Below, piece by piece: positions 11,010 through 23,230 of a stretch of 64,000 bases of DNA; the stretch's first letter is position 1; each line of letters starts with the position of its first letter. Origin of the DNA: Paramoeba atlantica (lineage: Eukaryota > Protista > Discosea); assembly GCA_977017575.1 (NCBI GenBank), contig CDRNVI010000148.1:1-64000 (forward strand), given 5' to 3'. The notes under the pieces were generated by a model. That model had not been told where the DNA came from and did no database searches. It saw only the letters and a program-made list of their open reading frames with translations. The position numbers were made by a program, and so were the translations under genes.

Positions 11010-13672
11010 TCAGTCAACAGCCTGAAAATGGTCTTGTGAAATCACAAAAACCTGACATCGCCTGGAGGGAGAAAAGAAATCAGGAGGGAGGCCTTCCTTA
11101 TTTCCATGTAAGAATTGCAACACTAATTTCTCCAACTAAAAAAAAATAGATTTGAAAAGAGAAAAGAGAAAGGAAGGAAACGAAAACGAAAAATGAAAAA
11201 TGAAAACCTGAGAAGCATATTTTTGCGACTCCTGCAGCGCTGTTTTATTCGTAGCGTTCTGTAAAAATTGGAGAATTTAATTGTTGGGAAAATTTTCGAA
11301 CAAACTTTCTTTTTTTTCATGAAAGGAAGAAATTCAAGACCTGTTTTTTCAACTTGTCCAAAGATTGGTGGTCTCTTAAAGACTAATTCAGAAGAAAAGT
11401 GAGAAATGATTTTATAAATGAGCAAATAAAACAAATGAAATGAAATTTAAAACTCGAAGTCGAAGTTCCTCCAAAGATTTTCGTTCTGTGACCAGCTGCT
11501 TTTCCAAGTATTTGCATCTTCTTTCCTTTTGCTTTAATTTCTCTATAACTTAAGGAAGTGGGGGAAAAGATTAATTACTAGAAAGAGAGAGAGGGGGAGA
11601 TAAAAGAGAAAGGAAAGAACCAGGAATTACAAAACGAAGGCTCTCTTCATCTAAGAAAGGAGGAGGAGATATGGAGGAGAGAGGAGAGAAAGGGGGAGAT
11701 AGAGGAGAAGAAATAGGAGAACAAGTTGGAGAGAGAGAAGAAGGGATGCTAGCAGAGGAAGAGGGGAAAAAGAAAGAGGAAGAGGGAGTAACCACAGACG
11801 GAGGAGTATTGGTTTTTTTTTTTTGAGCTTTCTCAGATGGAGAAGGAAAAGAAGCGGAGGGAGAAAAACGATCATGAAGAGGAGAAGGAGAAGGAGAAGG
11901 AGAAGGAGAAGGAGAAGGAGAAGGAGATCTATTAGGAAAAGAAAAAGTAGATTGAGGAAGAGAAGATCGAGGAAGAGGAGAAGGAGAAGATTGAGGAGAA
12001 GAAGATTGAGAAGGAGACGAGGGGGGGTGAGGAGGAGGAATAGGAGAAGGGGATCGATTCAAAGAGGGAGGAGAAACAGGAGAAGAAGGCTTTTGAATAG
12101 GAGAAGAAGAGAAAAGAAAAGATGGAGGCGAGCGACTCTTTCGGTGAAGAAAAGAAAATCTTGAATTTGGTGAACGCAATTTCCGGAGTGCTGGTGGTGT
12201 TCGGTGCTTCCCTTTTTTTGAGTCTTTTTCATTTTCAATTTGAGGAGAACTGATTGGCTTATGCAATGGGCTGGCACATAGAGAAAATTTTCTCCTTTTC
12301 CTGACTCCTGAGGGGCTCAAACACGATTGAGTTGTTGAAGTCTTTACTTTGCTTGGTGGAGCCAAATTTGTTGTTGCGGTGTAATTTCGAGCAAAGTTCT
12401 CTGGTGGGGGGCTAAAATGAGGAGATTGCTTTGTTGACAACGTTTCCGTTGTGTTGGAACGACTCCTGTTATTTGCAGGAAGAGGATTGTAATGAGTTGT
12501 TGCTGTTTTGGGGCTTTTTTTGTTGGGGTTGTGAGTTGGAGTAGATGTTTTCGACGAGGGTGGAGGGGTTAAACTTGTTGAGGAGAAGATCACTTCATTA
12601 TGTTTTTTCCTTTTGGCACTAAGTGAAGGACTCAAACTCAATTTGTTTGAACCATTAGTCGAAAGGAGTTCTTCACGTTCTTTCGCTTTTGTGATCCAAC
12701 TCCCTGTCTGAATCGAATTTGAGCGCTTCCTCTGTATTCCTGGAACTAAAGCGACACGAACTGGAGAAGACTTAGACGAACAAGAATCGGATGGAGGTGG
12801 AGAGGAAGGAAGAGGGGAACAGGAAGGGGAAGTTGAAGGAGAAAGACATTTTGGGGAAGCTTGGACCTATCAAACAAACGAATGAAAAAAAGAAATTTCA
12901 AAAAAAAAAAGAATAATGTGTACCCAATTCTTGATAATCTCAGCAAGATGGTCATGTAACTCTTCTTTGGCAATTTCAGATGCTGTCTGTTTGAAAAAAC
13001 AGGGTTGACTTTCTTCCTTTCCCAAAGTCGTGGAGAAACGAAACAAAAATAAAACCTTTCCAAAATAAAGTCCAAAGCTACATTTCATCGATGAATCAGC
13101 CCCACATTGTAACAGAAGAGTCGCTGATTCTTCTTGTCCTTTCATTGCTGCAATCATCAAAGGGGTCTACCAGAAAAAAGAATCAAATTTTGACGAAAAT
13201 CGATGAAATCAATGAAAAGAAAAGAAATTTTTAAACCCACTAAAAAACGAGAAAATTCATGTTGAATAATCGAGTTGAGAGATGTGAAAAGAAATTAGTT
13301 TTCAAAGAAAAGAATGAAGGAGAGAAACCAACAAAAAAAACGAACCCCCTTAATTTTTTGAATCGAAAGAACAACGCAAAGAAAAGAGTGAGGAAAGGAG
13401 GAAAAGAAAAAGAAAAAGAGAAATTCACTTACAGCCTAAAAGAAGTAGAAAAAGAAAATCAATCAACTCTCACTCAATAATTGAAGAAAAACAAAACCCC
13501 ACTTACCCCCTGTTGTTTTCAACACTGAGACAAAAGAAATGAGAAAGAAAAAGGAGAGAAAACTTCAAACAGTGGTATTCAAATCAGCCTTTTTTCGGAT
13601 TGCCCTTTTCATTTTCCGAATGTCCCCTTCTGAACTGGAAACATAAAGTTGGAGATCAACAAAGTTCGCCAT
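11010..13672 (-). CDS. Ankyrin-repeat protein with long Ser/Pro-rich linker and C-terminal coiled-coil-like exons
   Basis: Start MANFVDLQLYVSSSEGDIRKMK; ankyrin TPLMIAAMKGQEESATLLLQCGAD and TASEIAKEE; large S/P-rich exon (~11640-12870); short 3' exons inferred (EIKAKERRCKYLEKQL.., SLRDHQSLDKLKKQ). Confidence 0.65.
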
Positions 13673-13818
13673 CCCCCCAACACCAAAACAATCCCAACCA
13701 AAAAACACAAAAACAAAAAAAAAAAAAAAGCGATAAGAAATAGGTTTCTAAATATTTATGGTTTTTCTAAAAAATATGTACAAAAAAATGGCTAAATCAA
13801 GTTGAGACTCTTTTCCCC

Positions 13819-14797
13819 TCATAATGGCTCTTGTTCGCCTGGATTTGATTGGTTTGGTTTGGGTTCATCATTCTCTTGTTTTGCAGGTTTGACAAGGACC
13901 ACGTCGCAAAGCATATTGATGAGCTCTTGAAGAGGTCGGAACTCACGGTGATCAACAAGATCAAATTCTTCAATAAAGAAATAGAAATGTTTGAAGAGGG
14001 TATTCAATTGAGCTTCCTCCCCAAAACACACGATTTTCTCAAAGTGCTATCAAAAAGACAAGTCATTTCTGATGTTTCTTCAAAAATAATTAAAAAGGAA
14101 TTTCTCTTACATGATGATAAATATGAGCAAAAACACGAAACAACCTCTTCAAGATCATCTTCACAACCTGCTCGAAATTTCTGGGAAAGGGGAGATCATC
14201 TTCACAAGGAAATATCTTTTGGTCATCAAATTGTCGATCAATCCATTTCATCAAAGCGTCAATATATGCAGGAGCAGATAACTTGACTGGTCTCCTGATT
14301 TCCACTCCATCAGCCCAAAGATACTCATACCTTCTCAAAAAAGGTCAGTAAAAAACAAAAAAAAAAAATGAAAAATGAAAAAAAGATTCACTTTTCCCCG
14401 GCGGTCATGGTTGGACAGGATTGTTCAGTGCAGCACTCAGCCACGGAGCTTAGCAACATATTTGTTTGTTGGACAAATTCTTGAACTTGAATCGACAGTG
14501 TGAAAAAAAAAGAGTGTGACAAAAGAGTGTGCCACAAAAACGAAGAAATTACTTACCATTAACAGCAAGCCATTCATTCCGATCTTCGTTGGGAGGTAAC
14601 TGAACCACATCACTCAGATTCATTCCGGAATCCACTAATCGGTTCCGATGCAGTCTGAGCAAATCAATCCGCCTCTCTGGAACTTTCATCTTCTTCAGTC
14701 TTGGTTGGAAAACACCATTTCGAGAAAATAAGGCCCTGAAATTTTGTTACCAAAGAGGAAGGTTTGGGGGTATGAGAATGAAAGACAAAACGTACAT
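13819..14797 (-). CDS. MOB1: MOB kinase activator (MOB1/Mob3-like)
   Basis: Motifs VVQLPPNEDRNEWLAVN, ECCTEQSCPTMTAG, YEYLWADG, LSAPAYIDALMKW, FPRNF, KRLFRVFAHIYHH and EEAQLNTLFKHFYFFIEEFDLV. Confidence 0.92.
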
Positions 14798-14916
14798 TGG
14801 TTTTGTGTGAGGCAACAGGAGAAACAAAATAAGTGAAAAAGAAAAAGGGACAATCATGGTGTCCCCTTTTCGCCTGTTTGTGTTTCTGTTCTGTTTGTTT
14901 TCTTGTGTTTTCTGAG

Positions 14917-16923
14917 ATGGGAACTGGCTCAAGCCGCGCTGATCGATCAACCCCCCAACTTGAGGAGGGCAAGGTTTCTTGTTTGTTTTTCCATTTGAAA
15001 CTTTCTTTGAATGAATTTTTTTTCGAACAGCGGAGAACCGGAACAATCACAACCGCACTCTCTCCACAAGACCTGACGCGAATCCAAAGCAACAAAATCA
15101 CAGAATCAATTTTTCACCTCTCCACCGATCCTCGAATTTGGAGCCATGTTGAAGTGGGTCTTTGGTTAACTAAAGGAATTGGGCTCGATCCTTGGTTTAC
15201 CAGAATTATTCGTTCTCTCGAGATTGATGGGCCTCATCTCATTCAATTGTTGAGGAAAAAGGAAAAGTTGGAGGAAATCCTTCTGGCGTGTGGGAGTGGT
15301 GAATCTTTCTTTGTGGAAAAAGCGTTAGGGAGAGAAAGAATTCATTTTCTTTCTCCTCCTCCAATTGTGGAGAGTTACTTGGATGTTGATTTCGTGTTAG
15401 AGAAAGAAAGAGGAAGAGAGGAAGAAGTGGGAGAAAAGATCGACAAAGATGACGCAGCGGATGAACAAGTTCTCAATCGATTTGCTCTTTACTTTTCTTC
15501 ATCAACTTCATCACTTCAAATTTGTTCAGAAAGTAACTCATCAACAAAGAATTCGTCGAATTGTTCTCCAAGAATGAAAGAAGCGTTGAAAAAAGTGGTC
15601 CTCATTATTCGAAAACATATGATCGATGTGATACAAAATGCTCCGGAATTGGATCTGGCCTCTCTTCTTCAGAAAAAGAGAGAACAAGAAGAACAAGAAG
15701 AACAAGAAGAACAAGAAGAACAAGAAGAGACATCCATTCTTTTGCAAAGTAGATTGAAAGGGATGGTTTCTTTGTTGTTCATTGGGGATGCGTTGGGAAT
15801 GCCAGCACAATGGTTTTATGATCCAAGAATGATTCCTGTAGTTTTTGGAGAAAAAGGAATCACTTGTTATGAGGATGCTCCTGAGAAAAACCCCTCGAAC
15901 TCGGTTATGAATAATTTTTGGCTAAATGATCGAGAACATTGCACTGATGTTGTTGGAAAAGTGATTCTCTTTGGAAAGACAGAGGTTTGGGAAACCCCTT
16001 TTCTGCATTATCATCACGGTTTGAAAAAGGGTGAGAATACTCTCTCTGCTCTCTTAGCATTCGAGTTGCTCTCTCATCTCGTGTCCCAACAATTTTTATT
16101 CAAAAAAGAAAACTGGGTGAAAGATTTTGTCCAGTTCATGACAACCACACCTGCTACACACAACGATTCGTATGCAGAAACGTTTTTGATCCAATATTTC
16201 TATAATATCTCCCAGGGTGTGCCACCCCTTGAAGCTGCAGGCAAGGAAGGACACTCAACCCCAAGTATTGGCGCAATGGTCGCACTTCCAATTCTTGTGG
16301 CGGCCACAATACTTCGAATGAATCAACCCCTGCTCGATAAAGAGAAAAAGAAGAAAAATGAAGAGGAAATCTCTGGTGATGATGCCAGCAGTGAGAGTGA
16401 GATTGTTGAAAAAAAAGGAGGAAAAAAAACTGGAATAACGATAGCTTCTTTGGACGAAATTTTGACTGAATCTTTGAAGGTGGCACAACATTTTTTATCT
16501 ATCACACACCAAAGCCCTCGGCTTCTTGCCACAATGGAAATTTACATTTGGATTATTGTAACACTCCTCTCTGGGAAGAATTTGCGATCGACTTTAAGGG
16601 TTGCGGGAAGGAGGATTGGTGTTGACTTTGATGGGATGTTGGCAGCGAATGTGACTGACGATGTTGCTCTTTCACAGATATTTGGTTTAACCTGCTACTG
16701 TCATACCGCTTTTCCAGCTGCTTTGTACTTTGTGTTTAAATACGAAAAGAGAGTTGAGGAAGCTCTGTTATCGAATATTCGGTGTGGAGGGAATACGACT
16801 CATCGAAGCTCACTGATTGGATGTATGGTTGGGTCTGCTTATGGATTTGAAGTTATCCCACCTTCACTTTGGGAAGGGTTGGTGCTGAAAGATAAGTTGG
16901 TTCAATTGCCATTCTGGGGATGA
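14917..16923 (+). CDS. ADP-ribosylglycohydrolase-fold protein with N-myristoylation motif and SAM-like domain
   Basis: MGTGSS start; SAM-like WSHVEVGLWLTKGIGLD..SLEIDGPHLIQL; ARH motifs RLKGMVSLLFIGDALGMP, HNDSYAE, AFPAALYF, EEALLSNIRCGG and LIGCMVGSAYG. One short intron near 14974-15030. Confidence 0.85.
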   Translation: MGTGSSRADRSTPQLEEGKVSCLFFHLKLSLNEFFFEQRRTGTITTALSPQDLTRIQSNKITESIFHLSTDPRIWSHVEVGLWLTKGIGLDPWFTRIIRSLEIDGPHLIQLLRKKEKLEEILLACGSGESFFVEKALGRERIHFLSPPPIVESYLDVDFVLEKERGREEEVGEKIDKDDAADEQVLNRFALYFSSSTSSLQICSESNSSTKNSSNCSPRMKEALKKVVLIIRKHMIDVIQNAPELDLASLLQKKREQEEQEEQEEQEEQEETSILLQSRLKGMVSLLFIGDALGMPAQWFYDPRMIPVVFGEKGITCYEDAPEKNPSNSVMNNFWLNDREHCTDVVGKVILFGKTEVWETPFLHYHHGLKKGENTLSALLAFELLSHLVSQQFLFKKENWVKDFVQFMTTTPATHNDSYAETFLIQYFYNISQGVPPLEAAGKEGHSTPSIGAMVALPILVAATILRMNQPLLDKEKKKKNEEEISGDDASSESEIVEKKGGKKTGITIASLDEILTESLKVAQHFLSITHQSPRLLATMEIYIWIIVTLLSGKNLRSTLRVAGRRIGVDFDGMLAANVTDDVALSQIFGLTCYCHTAFPAALYFVFKYEKRVEEALLSNIRCGGNTTHRSSLIGCMVGSAYGFEVIPPSLWEGLVLKDKLVQLPFWG

Positions 16924-17115
16924 TGAGTTAAACCAAACCACATTGCCTCTGCCAGCGCGTGCGCACTATTTTATTCTCCTTTTTCAGGAGCGAAGTTAAG
17001 TGAATTAAAAAAAGTTTTTTGTCAACTTGTGAGTCATGACCCCCTTTCTCTTTCTCTTTTTTCTTGTAAAGTACTTTTTCTCGATAGTTTTTTGTCTTAT
17101 TTGTGGCACTCTTTC

Positions 17116-17584
17116 CTAATATTCAACCCTTCTAGATCCCTTTGGTGGTGGACGAACATTTCGATCAACATATGGTTTTAACTGCATTTCTTAACATGAG
17201 ACTCTCAATTTTTGAAAAAGGGAATAAGTAGGTTTCTTTAGAAAGACGACACAAACCTCACAATCCGTCAGATCTGGTACCATGTAACGGGGAATTTTGT
17301 GTGGTTGAACAATAAATTTTCCTATCATTGACGAAAGAGATTGGTGAAAAGTTCAACAAAAAAAAGAATGTATGGCACAAACGGAGAAGAGAGAGAGAGA
17401 GAGAGAGAGAACAAAAAGAACCTTTTGAAGTGAGATATCCGTAAGATGGACAACCCCGACCCTTGTAAAAATCTCGAGGGCCTTGTTTTGAAGTAATAGT
17501 TCCCCTCAATTTTCGGTAAGGTACATTCCCCATCCTTTGTCGAGTACAACACTCGAGCGATGATTGGAAAAAAAGACGTAACAT
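17116..17584 (-). CDS. MRPL41: Mitochondrial ribosomal protein mL41; 3 exons
   Basis: ITSKQGPRDFYKGRGCPSYGYLTSKGKFIV..MVPDLTDCELKPYV matches the mL41 family pattern. Confidence 0.85.
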
Positions 17585-17822
17585 TTTTGAGGGAGAAGAA
17601 AAGAAAAGAGAAGAGAGAGGAAAAAGAGGAAAGAGAAAGAGAAAGAACGGAAAGAAAACGAAAAAAAAAAAAAAAAACTACATACTACCAATTTTTATTG
17701 GGTCTTTTTAAAAATTATTTTATTTCATTTTCATTCAAAAAAAAAGATAAAAAAGAAAGGTGGTTGAATTCTTCTCTTTTTCTTTTTTCTTTTTTCAAAA
17801 CAACCGCCCATTTTACCTCAAA

Positions 17823-18248
17823 ATGGACGGAGGAGAGGTGGATACACCACCCCCACCACCAACATTTCGACCTCACAAAAGTCATGGAGACGAGGAATTG
17901 TACACATTTGTGGGATTTGTCATTATGACGGTCATTATTATTGTCATAAGTTATCTTTATTGGTATTTGACAGAAGAGGAGGAAGAAGAGGAAGAAAAAG
18001 AGGAAGAAAAAGACCAACCACAAGAGATTGAGACGAACGAACAAAGTCAAATTTCTGTCGAAAAATCAATCGAGAAAGAAATCGAGATCGAAGATTCTCA
18101 GAATCAAAATTCCGAACCGCAACCACCTCTCCCCCTCGAAGAAGAAAAAGGAGAAGAAACAAATGAAAAAGGAAAGATGGACGAACAAATTAGCCAACAA
18201 ATTGAAGGAATGAAGGAGCTATTGGAAAAACAAAAAGACGAAGAGTGA
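17823..18248 (+). CDS. Small single-pass membrane protein with acidic tail
   Basis: 141-aa ORF MDGGEVDTPPPPP..; hydrophobic LYTFVGFVIMTVIIIVISYLYWYL followed by a Glu-rich segment. Confidence 0.6.
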   Translation: MDGGEVDTPPPPPTFRPHKSHGDEELYTFVGFVIMTVIIIVISYLYWYLTEEEEEEEEKEEEKDQPQEIETNEQSQISVEKSIEKEIEIEDSQNQNSEPQPPLPLEEEKGEETNEKGKMDEQISQQIEGMKELLEKQKDEE

Positions 18249-18487
18249 AACGAGATTGAAGAAAAAACGAAAAATCCTTTTCTTCAAAAAAAAAACAAAA
18301 CAATTTTTCGAACAAAAACAACAAAGAGAAAAAAAGGTCTCTAAAAAATATTTTTCATATTTTAGATTTCTAAAAAACGCTTCTTTTTTCTTTTTTCGGT
18401 TCGGTTCGTTTTGGAAGCAAAGAAGAGAAAAAAAAAGAGAGAAAATATTTTGTGTTTCTTCCACAAACACAAAAGTTTTTTAAAAAA

Positions 18488-20877
18488 ATGGCTGACGATT
18501 CTCCCCCCTCTCCTTCTTCTTCTTCTTCTTCCTCTCGACAAGGTTTTTCTTTTCTCTCTCACTTTTCAAAAAAGAAAAGGACCTCTTTTCAATCCTTTTT
18601 TGTTTTTTTTTTCTTGATCTTCCTTTTGATTTTGTATCTTTTTCTTTTTCTTTTTGTGAACAAACAAGAACAGTTGGATGGATCCCACCTGGAGCAGATT
18701 GTAGTCGAAACAAAAATTTGTTTGGACAAGATTTAGATTATCATTTTTGGATCCCGAATCGTTTGGCTGAAAAAAGTCAGGCTCTTGTTGAGGTTTCTTG
18801 TTTTTTTCCTTCTCTCTTTTCCTTCTCTCATCTCGAACTTTATTTTCTATTTTTTTTTTCTCTTCTTTTATTTCTCTTTATTTTCTTTTTATCTTTTGTT
18901 TTTTCTCCCCAAATTCTCTCCATTTTTCTCTCTTTTCTTTCTCTTGTGGGTCTCTTTCTTTTCTTTCAATTCGATTGAAACTGAGAATTGGTTGGCAGGC
19001 TGTGAATGATTTTCACTATGCTATGATGAATGATCTCAATCGAAATGAATTCTACCAAAAAGGTTTCAATTTCCTAGAAAATTTCTCACATTTCTCTCTC
19101 TTTTTTTAAAAACTCTTATTTCTTCTCAGCTCTGCAAAAGGAGATTAACGACAACAGTGTTGTTCTTGAAATTGGAACTGGATCTGGTCTTCTTGCAATG
19201 CTTGCCTCAAAAGCTGGTAATTTTTTTTTTGAGTTCTTTCCTTTCTTTTTGGGGAATCAAACTGACTTGTATTGCCAAAATCTCAAGGAGCAAAATCTGT
19301 TCATGCAATTGAAGCAAATAGACATATGTGCCAGCTCGCAAAGATCAATATGGAAAGGAATAAGTTAACGGTATCCTTTTATCTTGATCTATTTTTTTAT
19401 CTTGTTTTCTTTTTTTTTTGTTGTTGATTAATCTTCTTTTGTTGTTCAGAATATCACTATCATCAATAAATTGTCAACAGATGTTGAATGCGAACAAGAT
19501 CTCCCTGAAAAGGCAAATGTCCTTCTTTCTGAGGTAAAAGGAGAATTTAAATTTTTAAACATGATTTTAAATCTAATTCATTTTGAATAAAAAACCAGAT
19601 TATTGGAACTCTTTTGTTGGGGGAAAGCGCTCTTGAGTATATCGCAGATGTCCGTAACCGTCTTCTTGTGGTCTGTCTTTTTTCCTTTTGTGCCCTCCTC
19701 CTCTTTTAGAATTATATATTTTTAAATTTTTTCTCACTCACTTTGAAACCATCCAGCCTGATCCTGTCATTATCCCAGCAGCTGGATGTCAATTTATTGA
19801 GTTAATTGACTGTGAGCAATTAGAGGCCATTACTTCTGTTGATTCTTGGGGTGGTCTTGATCTCTCTGCCATGGATATTCTTCAGGTACTTTCAAAAAAG
19901 AGATAAAGTAACAAAAGAAGAGGAAAAAAAAACATTTTCACAAGAAATTTGACCCTTCTGTTTTCTCTCTGAAATAGGACACAGTGAGTACAGTATTTAC
20001 CAAACAATACGGTTTTCGTTTAAATAGCATCCCATATTCGAGTATTGTTGGGAAAACCTCTGTTGCTGAGGTCGACTTTTATACAGCAAAACCTGGTGAT
20101 ATTCCATTGTCAAGGTACTTCTTTTTTTTTAAAAAAAAACTCTGAAAAACAAATGAGATTATATGGATGGAAGAGCTAATTTTTCTCCATCTCAGGAAAA
20201 TTCCCGTCAAAGCCACAAAGAAAGGTCGAATTCATGCTGTTTTGATGTACTGGGAAGCTTATGCTGATCGTGAACATACTATTGTTATGAGTACTGATCC
20301 AAGGTTTTCTTTTTTTTTCTGACTTTTGCAGAAATATGATTGGTATTTAAAATGAGATCACTTGTTTCACAAAAAAAAATTATTTTTATATAAGATAATA
20401 ATAAGAATTTTTCAGGGAGACAGTGGATAACTTTTCACGAGATCTCCAATGGGGACAAGCTTTACAATTAGTTGAAGAGCGATCAGAAGTAAGTGATGAA
20501 GGGACAAATTGTCAGCCAAAACCGTTCTTTGTTGAAGAAGATGAAGAACTTGTTCTTGATGTTCGATTTTCTGAAGATAGTGCTGTTCTTCAGGTAATTT
20601 TTTCTTGGGAGTTATTATTTTTGGTTTTTTTGATGTTGTTTTGTGTTTGATTTTTTATTTTCATGTGTTTCTTTTGATTCTTGATTGTTTGTTTTTGTTG
20701 CTTGTTGTGGTTTGGGTTTTGTTTCCGAAAAAGAGATCAACCTTTTTTTGATGTTTGGTTTGTGGTGTTGTTCTTTTATTTTATTTTTTCAAAGGATTTT
20801 GGTTTTAATCATTTTTCTTTTTTCTTTTTTCTTTTTTTTTTTGTCCATAGGTATGTGTTGAACGTTCACCCAAATGA
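18488..20877 (+). CDS. Protein arginine methyltransferase, PRMT7-like (single MTase domain); multi-exon
   Basis: HYAMMNDLNRNEFY; motif I VLEIGTGSGLLAMLA; VHAIEAN; NVLLSEIIGTLLLGE; DLQWGQALQL corresponding to the THW-loop region. Confidence 0.85.
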
Positions 20878-21037
20878 GAATGATCGAGAATTCATTTTCA
20901 TTCCCAATTCTTCCAAAGTTTGTGATTTCACTCACACAATAAAATCACCACAAAGGAAGAGAGTGGTACAGCGTAGATTGGTTTTTTGAGAACCATTCTC
21001 CACAAAAAAGAATGTGAGGGGAAAAAAAAACAAAAAA

Positions 21038-22430
21038 CTAACGCTTTGGAGTAAAGAAACTGGTGATACTTTTCAAATTCAATTTCTCTTTTGTCTCCTT
21101 TTGTTTTTTTTCATGGACCTTTTGAGTTTTTTCTTTTGTAGATGTTGGGGGAGTTGTCAAACTGTCTTCTCCATCACTCTTTTTCCCTCTTCGTGCACAC
21201 ATCAAAGCACGAGGATCATAAGCATTCTCTAATGCCTTCTTCTGTTCATCACTCATCTTTTCGAATGTATCATCTTCAGAGACGCCAAGTGTTTCTTTTA
21301 GAAGAGAGAGATGGTGTTCAGTCAAGTATTCACCAAGCATTGCGACTGATTTTGCGACAAATTGTCGATCAGTTGGGTCAGTTGATGATGATGATGTCTC
21401 AGATGATGCTACAATAGAAGATGATCTGGCTTTAAAAAAAAAGAAAGAGTTTAACAAATGAAAAAATATGAGCCTTTTTCTTTTGTTTCTTTTCTCTCTC
21501 TCTCTCTTGAACAAAAAACAATCCTTTTTTTTGAACCTGAAAGATCATCTTGGTGTTGAAGCAACTCCATACAAATTGAAGATGCTTTTCCACACAACCA
21601 ATTTGAAACGAGAGAATTGTTCAAACGAAAAAAGGAATCACTCCCTACTTTCTTAACTTCACAAATCATCTCAACAGAAGAATCTTTGAGACAATTTCGA
21701 AGATGTTTAATTCCTTCTCTTGTTTCCTGAAAAAATAAAAACTGTTACAAAGAGGAAGAAAGAAAGAAAGAAAGGGAGAAGAGAGAGAAACCTCCATGGC
21801 ATTTTCAAAAAGGAGATCATCAAGATTTTTAAAAAGATTTTCTCCCTTAAGATGAAAGAATCGCAAAACAAGAAAGAGAGGATCGAATGGTGTTCCAACA
21901 TACAAAAACCCGTCACTCGAGATTGTTTCATCAACAAACCACATCCCCAAACCCTCTTTTTCGAGAAAGGGAGAGAAAGAAAGAAAAAAGAAAGTTCTTT
22001 TGGTTAGAAAGAATATAAGAAAAGAAAGGAAAGAAGAGAAAGAAAGAAAAGAAAGAAAAAAAGACCATGAGGTTCCATGCGTTGTAGTTCAAGTAATTTT
22101 CCATCTCGAACAAGAAAACGAACTGATTCTCCTGTGGATGGGTGAGGCAATTTTGTGACAGTTATTTCTTCTTCAACTTTTAAATCACCTCCATGAAGAA
22201 TAAAAACTACAAATGAAAAAAAAAAAGGAGAAGATTTTTAAACAACAACAAAAAAGAAATCGAAAAAGAAAAAGAATTAGAAAGGGAATGAAACCTTTTA
22301 AAGGATTTTTCTCTTCCGCATCACCACCACCCTTCCCATCTTCCTCTTCTTTTCTCTCCCTTTTATTTTCTTGTTCCTTTTCACCACTTCCTCCAGAGGA
22401 AACCTCTCTCTTCCTTTTTCTCGAATCCAT
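21038..22430 (-). CDS. RNASEH2B: Ribonuclease H2 subunit B
   Basis: KLPHPSTGESVRFLVRDGKLLELQ; WFVDETISSDGFLYVGTPFDPLFL; C-terminal KLNLKSITSFF PIP-box-like tail. Confidence 0.85.
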
Positions 22431-22987
22431 CAAATCAAAAAAAAAAACGATTTTCTCGTTCAAAAAACGAGTGTTGAAAAAAAAGACAAAAAAGAAAGAG
22501 AAGTTGAAACACTTTTATCATTTTGATTATTACTATTTTACATAGAGTTAAAAAGACAAAAATACCCTCAAATCATTGGAGCGAAAGTCGCAAGAAAATT
22601 GCGACAATGAGTGTCTTATTCTCTTTATACTACAACAACAAAACATACTAAATTTCAGGAAAAACAATCAGGCATTCTTTTCACCCAATGTCAAACAAAG
22701 TTTCAGAAATGTGATTTATCTCAAACAACACAAAATATTTTTACAGTAATGAGAAGAAAAATCATTTAATCTACTTTTGAGATGGTATTTTTTAGAAAAT
22801 GAATTTTTTTTCTTGGAAACAAAATGAATCATTGAGTAATACACTCAACCACATCACAACATCAAAGATAGAGAGAGATGGAGAGAGGAAGATTGGGAGA
22901 GGGGAACATTGATTTTTCTGGTGCTAAAAAAAGAACCCTATTTTTTCTTTCCCTTTTGTTTCAGTTTTTTTGGATGTCTCTCTTTTC

Positions 22988-23003
22988 CACGGGGTTCTAA
23001 CTC
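22988..23003 (+). repeat. Left terminal inverted repeat (16 bp)
   Basis: CACGGGGTTCTAACTC, exact reverse complement of 30934-30949. Confidence 0.85.
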
Positions 23004-23160
23004 AAGCCAAATGAAAAAGACCAAGAGTTTCTTTGACATCCAATTCAGGAATGTGATTTTGACGTTTGGATTATCATAGGATTCTTTCAATCTCAGTGAA
23101 ATATTGGGATTCATTTGAGCGAAGGTCACGAAAAAGAACGAACTTTCGTTGGTGTGGCAT

Positions 23161-23230
23161 TGGGCAAAACTGGGCGAAACTGGGCGAAACTGGGCGAAAC
23201 TGGGCGAAACTGGGCGAAACTGGGCGAATC
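23161..23230 (+). repeat. Subterminal 10-bp tandem repeat (TGGGCGAAAC) x7
   Basis: Five perfect units flanked by one variant unit at each end (TGGGCAAAAC, TGGGCGAATC). Confidence 0.95.
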
